DNA of 40,587 nucleotides. Origin: an uncultured beta proteobacterium (lineage in GTDB: Bacteria; Pseudomonadota; Gammaproteobacteria; Burkholderiales; Burkholderiaceae_C). The DNA is taken from positions 1-40,587 of the forward strand of contig CAJAXU010000530.1 in NCBI GenBank assembly GCA_903948045.1. The letters run 5' to 3'. Positions 9,412 to 18,815 of the stretch are shown here, piece after piece. The notes beneath the pieces are model-generated. The model saw nothing but the letters and a program-made list of their open reading frames with translations. It searched no databases and was not told where the DNA came from. The stretch's first letter is position 1; each line of letters opens with the position of its first letter. The translations under genes were made by a program, and so were the position numbers.

Positions 9412-10800
9412 ATGCTGCTTCGACGTGACCGATTGATTCCCGCCATCGTTGCCAGCCCGCTCTTCCTGCAAAACCTCGACTCCTCGGTGATGGTCACGGC
9501 GCTGCCCAGCATTGCCAGCTCACTGGCGGTGCCGACGCTGCACCTGAACCTGGCCATCACCGCCTACCTGCTCAGCTTGGCGGTGTTTCTGCCGGTCAGT
9601 GGCTGGCTGGCCGACCGGCTGGGTGCGCGGCGCGTGTTTTGCCTGGCAATTGCGCTGTTTTCGCTGGGCTCCGCCCTGTGTGGCGTGGCGGGCAGCCTGC
9701 CCGAGCTGGTGGCGTTCCGCATCCTGCAGGGGCTGGGTGGTGCCATGATGGTGCCGGTGGGACGCCTGATCCTGCTGCGAGCGGTACCGCCCGAAGGCAT
9801 GGTGGCGGCCATGGTCTGGTTCACCGTACCGGCGGTCATTGGCCGCATGATCGGCCCCTTGTTTGGTGGCGCCATCGTCACTTTTGCTAGTTGGCGCTGG
9901 ATTTTTTTAGTGAATATCCCTTTTGGGCTGCTGGCTATTGCGCTCACGCTGGCTTTTGTCAGTGACGACCCGCCGGCGGTTGATCCGGTGCCGTTTGACT
10001 TTGGCGGCTTTGCCTTGCTGGCCCTGGGTCTGAGCTTGCTGCTCGGCGCGCTGGAAACTGCTGGGCGCGCCATGGTGCCGGTGCTGGTGTCTTGGTTCGC
10101 GGCGCTGCTGGGTGCGGGATTGCTATGGCTGTACACACGCCACGGCCGCCGCCGTGAGCACCCCCTGATTGACCTGGCCATCCTGCGCCACCGCACCTTT
10201 CGTTTGTCGGTGATTGGCGGCCTGCCGCTTCGCATTGGCATTGGCGCCGTGCCATTTCTGCTGCCGCTGATGTTGCAGCTGGGCTTTGGCCTGTCGCCCC
10301 TGGCGTCCGGTACCCTTACGGTGGCGACCGCAGTGGGCGCCCTGGGCACGCGGGTGGTGATGACGCAGGCCATTCGGCGCTTTGGCTTTCGTAACCTGCT
10401 CATTGGCGCTACGGCGCTCAGCAGCCTGTTTTACCTGGGCTACAGCCAGTTCACGCCGGCCACGCCGCACCTGCTGCTGTTTGTGGTGCTGATGATGGGC
10501 GGACTGGTCACCTCGATGTGCATGATCTGCCTGAGCACGCTGGGCTTCTCGGAAATCCCGGCCCCCCGCATGAGCCATGCCACTGCGCTGTCTGCCATGG
10601 CGCAGCAGGTCTCCTTGAGCTTTGGCGTGGTCCTGGGTGCCGCCCTGCTGGCGGCAGCCTCCTTTTGGCATGGCGGCAATGGCATAGACCTGCAACCCGG
10701 GGACTTTTCCCCCGCGTTCATTGTGGTCGGGCTGGTCAATGTGCTGTCGCTGTGGTGGTTTGTGCGGCTTGATCCGCATGCGGGCGCGCAGATGCGCTGA
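9412..10800 (+). CDS. MFS transporter, DHA2-like drug:H+ antiporter
   Basis: Motifs [18 protein letters not shown], motif [23 protein letters not shown] and [10 protein letters not shown]. Many TM segments. Confidence 0.9.
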   Translation: MLLRRDRLIPAIVASPLFLQNLDSSVMVTALPSIASSLAVPTLHLNLAITAYLLSLAVFLPVSGWLADRLGARRVFCLAIALFSLGSALCGVAGSLPELVAFRILQGLGGAMMVPVGRLILLRAVPPEGMVAAMVWFTVPAVIGRMIGPLFGGAIVTFASWRWIFLVNIPFGLLAIALTLAFVSDDPPAVDPVPFDFGGFALLALGLSLLLGALETAGRAMVPVLVSWFAALLGAGLLWLYTRHGRRREHPLIDLAILRHRTFRLSVIGGLPLRIGIGAVPFLLPLMLQLGFGLSPLASGTLTVATAVGALGTRVVMTQAIRRFGFRNLLIGATALSSLFYLGYSQFTPATPHLLLFVVLMMGGLVTSMCMICLSTLGFSEIPAPRMSHATALSAMAQQVSLSFGVVLGAALLAAASFWHGGNGIDLQPGDFSPAFIVVGLVNVLSLWWFVRLDPHAGAQMR

Positions 10801-10832
10801 GTGGGGTCAGCCGATGCCGACCCATAATGTGA

Positions 10833-10867
10833 CATGAAATTCGAACATATGATGTTGGAATTTCATG
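10833..10867. promoter_or_regulatory. 35-bp near-perfect palindrome upstream of the ATPase gene
   Basis: CATGAAATTCGAACAT-atg-ATGTTGGAATTTCATG has 16-bp arms with one mismatch and ends 22 bp before ATG 10890. Confidence 0.7.
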
Positions 10868-10889
10868 GTAAAACTTGTACCATCTGGGC

Positions 10890-12080
10890 ATGATCAAACG
10901 CCACGCACTCGAAGCAGCCTTGCGTACGGCAGTGAGCCGCTCACGCGGTGTGGTCTTGCTGGGCCCCCGCCAATCCGGCAAAACCACCCTGGCGCAGCAG
11001 ATCCTGCCCCGCGACAGCGCCAACTACTTCGACCTGGAATACCCGCCCCATGCGCAGCGGCTGGAGCAAGCCACGCAAACGCTGGAGCCGCTCGCCGGCC
11101 TGGTGGTCATCGACGAAGTGCAACTCAGGCCGGGCCTGTTCCCCCTGTTGCGAACCCTGATGGACCGTTCGGACAGACCGGGGCAGTTTTTGTTGCCGGG
11201 CAGTGCCGCCCCGGCCCTGATGCGTCAGGCGGGCGAGTCCCTGTTGGGGCGTGTCGAAACACTGGAGGTCGCGGGCTTTGACTTGGCCGAGTTGAGCGCC
11301 GCTGAGGGCGGATGTCACGATGCACTGGTGCAGCAGCTCTGGCTGCGCGGTGGCTTTCCACGCGCCTATCTGGCCGCCAATGACCAGGACAGTTTTGTCT
11401 GGCGCATAAACGCTGTGGCCGATCATGTGCGGGTGGACATGCCCCAATTTGGCATCAACATTGCCGCACCCGCGATGCTGCGGTTCTGGACCATGCTGGC
11501 GCATTACCACGGGCAAGTGTGGTCGGCCGCGCCGTTTGCCCAGTCGATGGGGGTGTCGGAGCCCACCATCCGCCGCTACCTTGACACCCTGACCCAGACC
11601 CTGATGGTGCGCCAACTCCAGCCCTGGCACGAAAATCTGGGTAAGCGCCAGGTCAAGGCGCCCAAAATCTACTTTCGCGACACCGGGTTGCTGCATGCAC
11701 TGATGGGGGTCCGCACCCGTGACGACTTGCTTGCACACCCGCATCACGGCGCGAGCTGGGAGGGGTTTGCGCTGGAGCAGGTGCTGCGCTTGGCCCGACC
11801 AGACGAGGCATTTTTCTGGGCCACCCACCAGGGCGCGGAGCTGGACTTGCTGATGCTGCGCGGCCAACAGCGCATTGGGGTCGAGTTCAAACGTGCCGAC
11901 GCACCCCGTATCACCCCCAGCATGCGCATTGCCCTGGACGACCTGAAACTCGACGCGCTCTATGTGGTCTACCCCGGCCGTCACCGCTATCGCTTGAGCG
12001 ACCGTGTCGAAGTCGTGCCCCTGTGGGCCTTGTTGCCGACACACACTTTTTCCGCCGAAACGAAGTTCGTATCAGACTGA
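10890..12080 (+). CDS. AAA_14/DUF4143 ATP-binding protein (ATPase, HTH, PD-(D/E)xK-like C-terminus)
   Basis: Walker A GPRQSGKTT, Walker B VVIDEVQ, GSA, RGGFP, HTH-like GVSEPTIRRYL, KAPKIYFRDTG, WEGF and ELDLL...VEFK. Confidence 0.88.
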   Translation: MIKRHALEAALRTAVSRSRGVVLLGPRQSGKTTLAQQILPRDSANYFDLEYPPHAQRLEQATQTLEPLAGLVVIDEVQLRPGLFPLLRTLMDRSDRPGQFLLPGSAAPALMRQAGESLLGRVETLEVAGFDLAELSAAEGGCHDALVQQLWLRGGFPRAYLAANDQDSFVWRINAVADHVRVDMPQFGINIAAPAMLRFWTMLAHYHGQVWSAAPFAQSMGVSEPTIRRYLDTLTQTLMVRQLQPWHENLGKRQVKAPKIYFRDTGLLHALMGVRTRDDLLAHPHHGASWEGFALEQVLRLARPDEAFFWATHQGAELDLLMLRGQQRIGVEFKRADAPRITPSMRIALDDLKLDALYVVYPGRHRYRLSDRVEVVPLWALLPTHTFSAETKFVSD

Positions 12081-12129
12081 GGTCTTCGGCAAGGCCGCAG
12101 GGCCACCCGCGTTGAAGTCGAGTCGCCAC

Positions 12130-12163
12130 CTGTCATGTTTTCGTCACATGCAGTCAATACAGT
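12130..12163 (+). promoter_or_regulatory. Pho box (PhoB site) plus -10 element
   Basis: CTGTCAT-gttt-TCGTCAC (12130-12147), a 10-nt spacer, then TACAGT (12158-12163). This matches the layout of the E. coli phoA promoter as I recall it. Confidence 0.75.
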
Positions 12164-12196
12164 GAGGTCGCACATTCAACACCATCCGACCACTTC

Positions 12197-14353
12197 ATGA
12201 AACAATTTTCACTCTCCCTGATCACTGTCGCCATTCTTTCGGCCTGCGGCGGCAGCGGAAATCCCGTGACCACCGGCATCTTTGTTGATGCACCCGTTGA
12301 GGGACTGAGCTATAGCAACGGCTCGATATCGGGCACCACAGACGCCTCGGGGCGCTTCTTGTACACACCGGGCGCAAACGTTACTTTCTCTTTAGGCGGC
12401 ATTGCATTTCCGCCGGTTGCCGGCGCGGCCATGGTCACGCCAGTGGACTTGGTCAGTGGCACGGGCCCGCAAGACCCAGCCGCAGTCGCCATTGCGCGCT
12501 TGCTGCAATCGGCAGACGCTGATGGCAATCCCAGCAACGGAATCCAACTTGACAATAACAAGCTTGCAAAAAGTGCCAAAGCGCCGGCCAACTGGGGGCT
12601 GGCGAGCGATAACGATCTCACAGCCCTGCTGTCTGGCTCAACCCGCCTGAAATCAGAGTCGGCGGCCCGTCAACACATGACAGAGCAACTTGCTGTCTAT
12701 GCTGGACTGCCACGCATGAGCTTGGTCGGGCGCTATGCCAGTGGTGGCACAGTCGCTGCTCCGTCGCTGGTTGCCGAGATTGTTGCTTTCCATGCCGGCA
12801 GTAAATCCTTGTTCGTCACGGTCGATACGGCCGCTGAGCCATCGTCCTTTGCCCGCATTGGCCTCTCTGCCTTGCCGACTACCGCGCTGGCCAACAGCAC
12901 CACCGCCACCAACCTGGCGGCAGCGCCCAGAGTCAATGTTGCAGCCAGTGTGAACGACGGTGGCTTTACCGCCGGCGGCGTGCAGAGCCTGGATGTCAGC
13001 GGCAATCTGCTGGCCATCGCGGTGCAGTCCTCGCCCAAAACCAGCGCCGGTGTGATTGCTTTCTACAGCCTGGACTCGGCCGGCACCGCCACCTTCCTCA
13101 AGAAAGTCACCGTCGGCTCCCTGCCGGACGGCGTGGCCTTTTCGCCAGACGGTAAGTACCTGGTGGTGGCCAATGAGGGCGAGCTCAGCAATACCTTCAT
13201 GACGGACGGCATTGACCCGGACGGCTCGATCTCCATCATTCCGATAACCAACGGTGTGCCGGCCGACACCGCCACGACGCTGGGCTTCAGCGACTTCAAT
13301 GTAGGCGGCAGCCGGCGCAGCGAGCTGCCCGCCGGTATCCGGATCGGACGCCCGGGTGCCACCGTGGCGCAAGACCTGGAGCCGGAATATGTGTCGATTT
13401 CAACCGACAGCAAAACCGCTTTTGTTACTCTGCAGGAGAACAATGCGGTCGCCACAGTCGACTTGGCCAGCGGCAAGATCAACAAGATTTTTGCCCTGGG
13501 CTACAAAGATTACGCGACCAAGAACCGGATCGCAGCGTCAGACCGGTATGCCGGGACCACAAGTGCTGTCTACAACAGCCCGACGCAGCCGGCACAGCTG
13601 AAAAACTACCCCAACCTGTTCGGTGTCTATATGCCGGACGGCATTGCCACTGTCACCCTCAACGGCAAGACCTACTTCCTCACGGCGAACGAAGGGGATG
13701 ACCGTGGCGACTTCATGACTGGCGCTTCTGCTGAGACCGCGCGCTTTGCCGACCTGGTCGCTAGCCTTGACGCCACTGCGTTCCCGGCCGATACCGTGGC
13801 GGCGATCAAGACGGCACAGGAGTTGGGGCGCTTGACCCTGATGGCCAAAGACGCCAATGGCAAGTTCGGCGACACCGATGGCGACGGCGATTACGACCGC
13901 CTGTATGTGCTGGGCGGCCGTTCCTTCTCCATCTGGGACGCCGAGACGGGCCTGCAGGTGTTCGACTCAGGCGACGATGCGGAGCGCATCGTCTACAACA
14001 ACGCGGCCGATGACGCCACCAAGTCCGCAGCCTTGCTGAAGGCCGATCAGCTGCTGGGTCGACTTGACAACAAAGGCCCTGAGCCAGAGTCAGTGGTAGT
14101 GGGCCAAGTTGGCAGTGAGACCTATGCGTTTGTTGGCCTAGAGCGTGCCAGTGGCATTTTGATGTACCAGATCACCAATCCGCTTAAGCCCAAGTTTGTG
14201 CAGCACATCCGTAACACGACCGACCTGACCGATGGCGACATCTCGCCTGAGGGGCTGAAATTTATCCCCGCAGCGCAAAGCCCGAATGGGGTCGCTCTGC
14301 TGGTGGTGGGTCATGAGGTGACCGGTTCGGTGGCGGTATACCAGATCAAGTGA
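12197..14353 (+). CDS. Lipoprotein with choice-of-anchor-I (atypical alkaline-phosphatase-associated beta-propeller) domain
   Basis: Lipobox LSAC. Motifs VGSLPDGVAFSPDG, VANEGE, QDLEPEY, TLQENNA, YMPDGIA, TANEGDDR, GGRSFSI, KGPEPES, GLER and ISPEGL. Ca-binding-like DTDGDGDYD. Confidence 0.82.
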   Translation: MKQFSLSLITVAILSACGGSGNPVTTGIFVDAPVEGLSYSNGSISGTTDASGRFLYTPGANVTFSLGGIAFPPVAGAAMVTPVDLVSGTGPQDPAAVAIARLLQSADADGNPSNGIQLDNNKLAKSAKAPANWGLASDNDLTALLSGSTRLKSESAARQHMTEQLAVYAGLPRMSLVGRYASGGTVAAPSLVAEIVAFHAGSKSLFVTVDTAAEPSSFARIGLSALPTTALANSTTATNLAAAPRVNVAASVNDGGFTAGGVQSLDVSGNLLAIAVQSSPKTSAGVIAFYSLDSAGTATFLKKVTVGSLPDGVAFSPDGKYLVVANEGELSNTFMTDGIDPDGSISIIPITNGVPADTATTLGFSDFNVGGSRRSELPAGIRIGRPGATVAQDLEPEYVSISTDSKTAFVTLQENNAVATVDLASGKINKIFALGYKDYATKNRIAASDRYAGTTSAVYNSPTQPAQLKNYPNLFGVYMPDGIATVTLNGKTYFLTANEGDDRGDFMTGASAETARFADLVASLDATAFPADTVAAIKTAQELGRLTLMAKDANGKFGDTDGDGDYDRLYVLGGRSFSIWDAETGLQVFDSGDDAERIVYNNAADDATKSAALLKADQLLGRLDNKGPEPESVVVGQVGSETYAFVGLERASGILMYQITNPLKPKFVQHIRNTTDLTDGDISPEGLKFIPAAQSPNGVALLVVGHEVTGSVAVYQIK

Positions 14354-15254
14354 CCGCCCACTGCCGGATAAACCGCGCTGTCTGATCCAGCGCGGCCCGG
14401 CCTTCGGGCAGGTAACGCGCCATGACCGGGAAGGCGTGGGGGGTGTTGGCCCATTCAAGCAGTTCAACCTGGCCGCCTGCGGCCAGCATCTGCTGCTGTA
14501 GCTGTCGCGCATCGTCAATCAGAATTTCGGCGCGGCTGGCTATCAACAGGCAAGGCGGCAGGCCGGCCAAGGGGCCAAACAGCGGCGACAACCGGGCATC
14601 GCCCAGCGCCATGCCAGGCGCGTACAGGGCGGCGGCCTCGTCCAGCACTTGCTGCGACAGCATCACATCCGTAGCGGCATTGGCCTGGCGCGATGGGCTT
14701 TGGCCCGTCAAGTCCAGCCAGGGCGAGAACAGCACCAGGGCGGCCGGCAGCGGCAGGCCCTGGGCCTGGATGGCCTGTGCCGTGCCCAGCGCCAGATTGC
14801 CGCCGGCACTGTCGCCGCCCAGCAGCAGGCGTTGCGCCGGGATGCCTTGCGCCAGCAGGGCGCGGTACACCGCCAGGGTGTCGTCCAGTGCTGCCGGAAA
14901 CGGGTGCTCGGGGGCTAGTAGGTAGTCCACCATCAGCAGCCGGATCTGCGCCCGCTGCGCCAACTGGGCCGCCAAGTCGCGGTGGCTGTTGAGCCCGCCC
15001 ATCACAAAGGCCCCGCCGTGCAGGTACAGGCAGATTGGCGCTGTGCCGGGCTGCGTCAGCTTGCGTGGCGTCACCCACTCCACCGGCAGGCCGGCCAGCT
15101 GATCCGGCTTGATCTGCACCGCTGGCCCCGGTTTGCTGCGGTTTGTGGCCAGAAAACGCCGGTTACGCCGAAAGCGGTGCTCGGCACTCAGCTTGGCGCT
15201 GGCGCGTTGCGCCAAGCGCATCAGGGTGCTGATGGCAAAGTTCTGCAGGCTCAT
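14346..15254 (-). CDS. Alpha/beta hydrolase, HSL-family esterase
   Basis: HGGAF oxyanion motif, DYLLAPEHPFPAALDD, GDSAGG nucleophile, SPWLDL and C-terminal His (PHAF). Confidence 0.9.
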   Translation of the reverse strand: MSLQNFAISTLMRLAQRASAKLSAEHRFRRNRRFLATNRSKPGPAVQIKPDQLAGLPVEWVTPRKLTQPGTAPICLYLHGGAFVMGGLNSHRDLAAQLAQRAQIRLLMVDYLLAPEHPFPAALDDTLAVYRALLAQGIPAQRLLLGGDSAGGNLALGTAQAIQAQGLPLPAALVLFSPWLDLTGQSPSRQANAATDVMLSQQVLDEAAALYAPGMALGDARLSPLFGPLAGLPPCLLIASRAEILIDDARQLQQQMLAAGGQVELLEWANTPHAFPVMARYLPEGRAALDQTARFIRQWAVT

Positions 15255-15266
15255 GACGCGGCCGCC

Positions 15267-16142
15267 TCAACCGCGCGGGGTGGCGTGGCTCACAAAGGTG
15301 CTGATGGCAGCCCGCATGGCATCTGGCGCATCCACCCGCAGCGAATGGCTGCTGTTGGCCAGCACCTGCAGCTGAGAGCCGGGGATCAGCCGGTGGATTT
15401 CTTCGGAAAACTCAGGCGGGCAAATCCAGTCTTGCTGGCCGGCCAGGATCAGCGTGGGCGCGGTGATGCGAGACAGCTCGGGGCGCAAATCAAAGGTCTG
15501 CAAAAAGCCGCCCGGTGCAAAGGCCTGCGCCATGGCCTCAGGCGATACGATGCCGCGAGCCCGGCCCTGCTCAGCCGCTGCCGCGTCGTACTTCAGCGCG
15601 TACAGCGGCCCCATCAGCGCGTAGTAGTGGCGCATCTTGTCGGCGGTGTCCAGCGTGCCGGCCCACAGCTCGCGGCACACCGCCACCTGCTCGGGCGTGC
15701 CGCGCTCGACCACGATCTGCTGGGCCCGGGCATTGAAGCCGGCGTGCGCCGCCGTCACCATCAGCACCAGGTGCGACACCGACTGCGGGTAGCGCGCCGC
15801 GTGCGCCATGGCCACCATGCCGCCGTAGCTGGTGCCCATGCTGACAATCGGCCCCAGCCCCAAGTGCCGGCGCAGCGCCTCCATGTCTTCCACGTTCTCG
15901 TCCAGGTTGTACAGCCGCACATCGCCGCGCGCTGAGCGGCCCTGGCCCCGGTGGTCAAAATAGACCAGCTGCAGCTGGTCGGCCAGTGGCCCAAAGCCGG
16001 CCTTCAGGTCGCTGTGCTCGCCGCCCGGGCCACCATGGATGACAAAGGCCGCCGGTTTCTCACGCATGCGCGCGCCATCGGGCACCAGGCCCATGCCGTC
16101 GATGTCAAAGTAAATCTGGGTGTTGCGCAGGTGGGCGAGCAT
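15267..16142 (-). CDS. Alpha/beta hydrolase, proline-iminopeptidase-like
   Basis: Motifs HGGPG, FDHRGQGRS, GTSYGG nucleophile, GQQDWICP and NSSH. Start reassigned to ATG 16142 with an AAGGAA RBS. Confidence 0.85.
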   Translation of the reverse strand: MLAHLRNTQIYFDIDGMGLVPDGARMREKPAAFVIHGGPGGEHSDLKAGFGPLADQLQLVYFDHRGQGRSARGDVRLYNLDENVEDMEALRRHLGLGPIVSMGTSYGGMVAMAHAARYPQSVSHLVLMVTAAHAGFNARAQQIVVERGTPEQVAVCRELWAGTLDTADKMRHYYALMGPLYALKYDAAAAEQGRARGIVSPEAMAQAFAPGGFLQTFDLRPELSRITAPTLILAGQQDWICPPEFSEEIHRLIPGSQLQVLANSSHSLRVDAPDAMRAAISTFVSHATPRG

Positions 16143-16236
16143 GGCGTTCCTTGGGGCGACAAAAGAGCACATCTTAGTCAGCGTGCTGGCAGAATGATCT
16201 TGCACCGCAAGCCATCACGGATCCAGATTGCAAAAA

Positions 16237-16251
16237 TAACCAAGTAGGTTA
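16237..16251. promoter_or_regulatory. MqsA-type operator palindrome
   Basis: TAACCAAGTAGGTTA (TAACC-N5-GGTTA) resembles the E. coli mqsRA operator TAACCTTTTAGGTTA as recalled. Confidence 0.7.
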
Positions 16252-16262
16252 GAGGTATTCTC

Positions 16263-16320
16263 ATGCCGACAGCTGACCGTCGTTGACGATGTGCTGATTG
16301 TTTCCTTCAAGGAGCTATGA
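16263..16320 (+). pseudogene. mqsR: MqsR toxin remnant (only about 15 C-terminal codons remain)
   Basis: GAGGT RBS and ATG 16263 are followed, out of frame, by LTVVDDVLIVSFKEL-stop. This matches the MqsR C-terminus (E. coli ...ITVIHDVLIVSFKEK). Confidence 0.8.
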
Positions 16321-16321
16321 C

Positions 16322-16726
16322 ATGAAATGCCCCGTATGCGGTGCCGCTGAACTGATCTGCGACACCCGTGACATGCCCTACACCTACAAAGGCGAAACCA
16401 CAACCATTCCTGCCGTCACTGGGGACCACTGCCCGGCGTGCACAGAGGTCATTCTTGAGCGTGAGCAGGGCGACCGCTACAGCGATTTAATTGGCCAGTT
16501 TCAACGCCAGGTCAATGCCGCCTTTATTGCCCCGGGTTTCATCACCGACATCCGCAAAAAGCTGGCCCTCGATCAGCGCGAAGCTGCCGAGATTTTTGGT
16601 GGCGGCGTTAACGCCTTTTCACGCTATGAGACCGGCAAGACCAAGCCCCCGTTGGCGCTGGTCAAGCTGCTCAAGGTATTGGACCGCCACCCGGAACTGC
16701 TCGCCGAGGTGCGTGAACAGCCCTGA
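16322..16726 (+). CDS. mqsA: MqsA antitoxin (Zn finger + HTH)
   Basis: MKCPVCG...HCPAC Zn finger and LDQREAAEIFGGGVNAFSRYETGKTKP HTH. AAGGAG RBS. Confidence 0.95.
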   Translation: MKCPVCGAAELICDTRDMPYTYKGETTTIPAVTGDHCPACTEVILEREQGDRYSDLIGQFQRQVNAAFIAPGFITDIRKKLALDQREAAEIFGGGVNAFSRYETGKTKPPLALVKLLKVLDRHPELLAEVREQP

Positions 16727-16737
16727 AAATAGGGATC

Positions 16738-16791
16738 AAATCGGCCTCTAGCCCTTATGTACTAAGCATTTGTTGCTATCAATTTTGAATT
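16738..16791 (+). repeat. Dispersed intergenic REP-like repeat, copy 2
   Basis: AAATCGGCCTCTAGCCC-N20-GCTATCAATTTTGAA, between convergent genes. Confidence 0.75.
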
Positions 16792-16801
16792 TGCTGCGCA
16801 C

Positions 16802-18787
16802 CTAGAGCGCCATGCCGATGGCGTGGCCCTCGGCGGTGGCTGACATGGGCTCCCGGGCCAGCAGGCAGTCGCCAATGCGGTGTACCGGCACACCGCTGTC
16901 ACGCAAGGCTGGCCACAGGGCCAGGTTGGGCTTGCGGGGCGTGGCGTAGGTGATCAGCGCCACTTGGTCGATGTAGCGCAGCGTGTCGCTAAATATGCTC
17001 CGGTAGGCCAGGCGCCCTTCTTCTTCCATCAGATCGGTCCAGACCGGTTCGACCTGCGTCAGGATCTCGATACCGCGTTCGGCGCACCGGCGCTGAATGC
17101 GCTGGCGCACCACCAAAGGCACATCCTGGGCCACCGATTCACGGCCACACAAAATCACCACGCGCTCGAACTTGTCTTTCAACCATTCGGCTGCGGCGTA
17201 GGTGCCGGCGGTCTGATCCAGGTCGTACAGCACAGCCACGCCGGCCTGCGTGCCTGGGCGGTCAAGCAGCGCCGCTGCCACCTCGCGCAGGTCTAGCACC
17301 CAGCCCTCGTCGCGCAAGTGGCTGGGCAAAGCTTGCGGCCAGACCATGGTGGCCCCGGTGGCCAGCACCACCGCCTGCGGCTGCGTGGCCAGCACCTCTT
17401 CGGCGGTGACCCATTGGCCAAGCCGCAGCTCGACGCCTAGCCGCTGCAGCTGCATGAACTGGTAGTCGGCAATGCTGGAGAGCGATTCACTGACGGGCAG
17501 GCGCGATTGCAGCTGCGCCTTGCCACCGGGCAGCGCCCCTCGTCCCCACAGGGTGACTTTATGGCCACGCTGGGCAGCGGTCATGGCCGCTTCCAGACCC
17601 GCAATACCGGCGCCAACCACCGCGATGCGTTTCGGCTGCTTGGCGGCCGGCAGGTCGGTATCGAGCTCGTTGGCGTGTGCCACGCGCGGGTTGTTGTCGC
17701 AGGTGAGCGGCATCCCCTGGATGATGGTGCCCCAGCAAGAGTTGCAAGACACACAGTAGCGGATGGTGCGCGCCATGCCCCGCTGCGCCTTGAGCGGCCA
17801 CGCAGGGTCGGTGACCAGGGCCCGGGCCAGGCCCACCAGTGCAGCGTCGCCCCGCGTCAAAATGCCCTCGGCTTCGGCCGGGTCAGTGATGCGCCCCAGC
17901 GCCATCACCGGCACCTCCGGCGTCTCGGTCTTCAGACGCCGAAGCAGGGGCATAAAGGGCAGCCGGGGGTAGCTGTCGTCTGGCAGGTGCATCTCCAGCG
18001 TGTGGTGGTGTGTGCCCTGTGCATAGGACAGCAGGTCGACCTTGACCTGGGCCACCAGATGGCGGGCAATGTCTGCCGCGAGTTGGGGGTTCACACCATC
18101 GCGCAGGCCATCGTCGCCGGGCAGCTTCACCGCCAGCATGAAGCCATCGCCGCAAACTTGTCGAATAGCCTGGCACACCTCCACCAGCAAGCGGCAACGG
18201 CCGGCCAGCGTGCCGCCGTAGTCGTCCTCGCGCAGGTTGGTGTGCGGCGATAAAAACTGGTGAAAGATGTGACCGTGCCCGGCTGACACCTCAACCCCGG
18301 TGTAACCGCAACGCTGCAAGCGCCGGCCGGCGTCCGCCGCGGCTTCTACAAAGGCCGCCAGCTCGGGCGGCGTCAGTTCCTCTGGCATGGCGTAGAACAG
18401 ATCGTCCGGCAAGGCAGAAGCCCCGCGCAGGCCGCTGACCCGACCCGGCACGCGCCTGGCCCGGCCGTTGTCTTGAATCTGCGCCAGCAGATGGCAGTCT
18501 TGTTCGCGAATGGCCTGGGCAAAACGGCACAAATCATCGACCATCGAGTCGTTCCAGGCGCACAGCCGCTCGGTGCCCTGGCTGGGCAAAAACGCCACCG
18601 GGTCGGTGATGATCAGCGCGGCGCCGCCGCGCGCCCGGTTGAGGTAGTACTGGTGATAGCGCGGGTGCATCCCGCCTTCGGCCCCGCAACGCAGGGACAT
18701 TGATGCATGGACAATACGGTTCTTCAGGCGCCAGGCGCCCACCTGCAGTGGTGAAAAAAGCAGCGGGTAGGCATTGGTATCAGGCAT
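16802..18787 (-). CDS. NADH:flavin oxidoreductase (OYE TIM barrel + 4Fe-4S + FAD domain; FadH/TMADH/StcD-like)
   Basis: Motifs LKNRIVHA, GVEVSAGHGHIFHQFLSPHTNLREDDYGG, CVSCNSC...C cluster, VGAGIAGLEAA, ATGA and IGDC. Start ATG 18787 (MPDTNAYPLL). Confidence 0.9.
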   Translation of the reverse strand: MPDTNAYPLLFSPLQVGAWRLKNRIVHASMSLRCGAEGGMHPRYHQYYLNRARGGAALIITDPVAFLPSQGTERLCAWNDSMVDDLCRFAQAIREQDCHLLAQIQDNGRARRVPGRVSGLRGASALPDDLFYAMPEELTPPELAAFVEAAADAGRRLQRCGYTGVEVSAGHGHIFHQFLSPHTNLREDDYGGTLAGRCRLLVEVCQAIRQVCGDGFMLAVKLPGDDGLRDGVNPQLAADIARHLVAQVKVDLLSYAQGTHHHTLEMHLPDDSYPRLPFMPLLRRLKTETPEVPVMALGRITDPAEAEGILTRGDAALVGLARALVTDPAWPLKAQRGMARTIRYCVSCNSCWGTIIQGMPLTCDNNPRVAHANELDTDLPAAKQPKRIAVVGAGIAGLEAAMTAAQRGHKVTLWGRGALPGGKAQLQSRLPVSESLSSIADYQFMQLQRLGVELRLGQWVTAEEVLATQPQAVVLATGATMVWPQALPSHLRDEGWVLDLREVAAALLDRPGTQAGVAVLYDLDQTAGTYAAAEWLKDKFERVVILCGRESVAQDVPLVVRQRIQRRCAERGIEILTQVEPVWTDLMEEEGRLAYRSIFSDTLRYIDQVALITYATPRKPNLALWPALRDSGVPVHRIGDCLLAREPMSATAEGHAIGMAL

Positions 18788-18815
18788 GTCACATCGATCC
18801 ACAAGAAAGTCCACC

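Noticed and set aside
10941-12044. 367-aa minus-strand ORF
   Set aside because: Antisense shadow of the AAA_14 gene.
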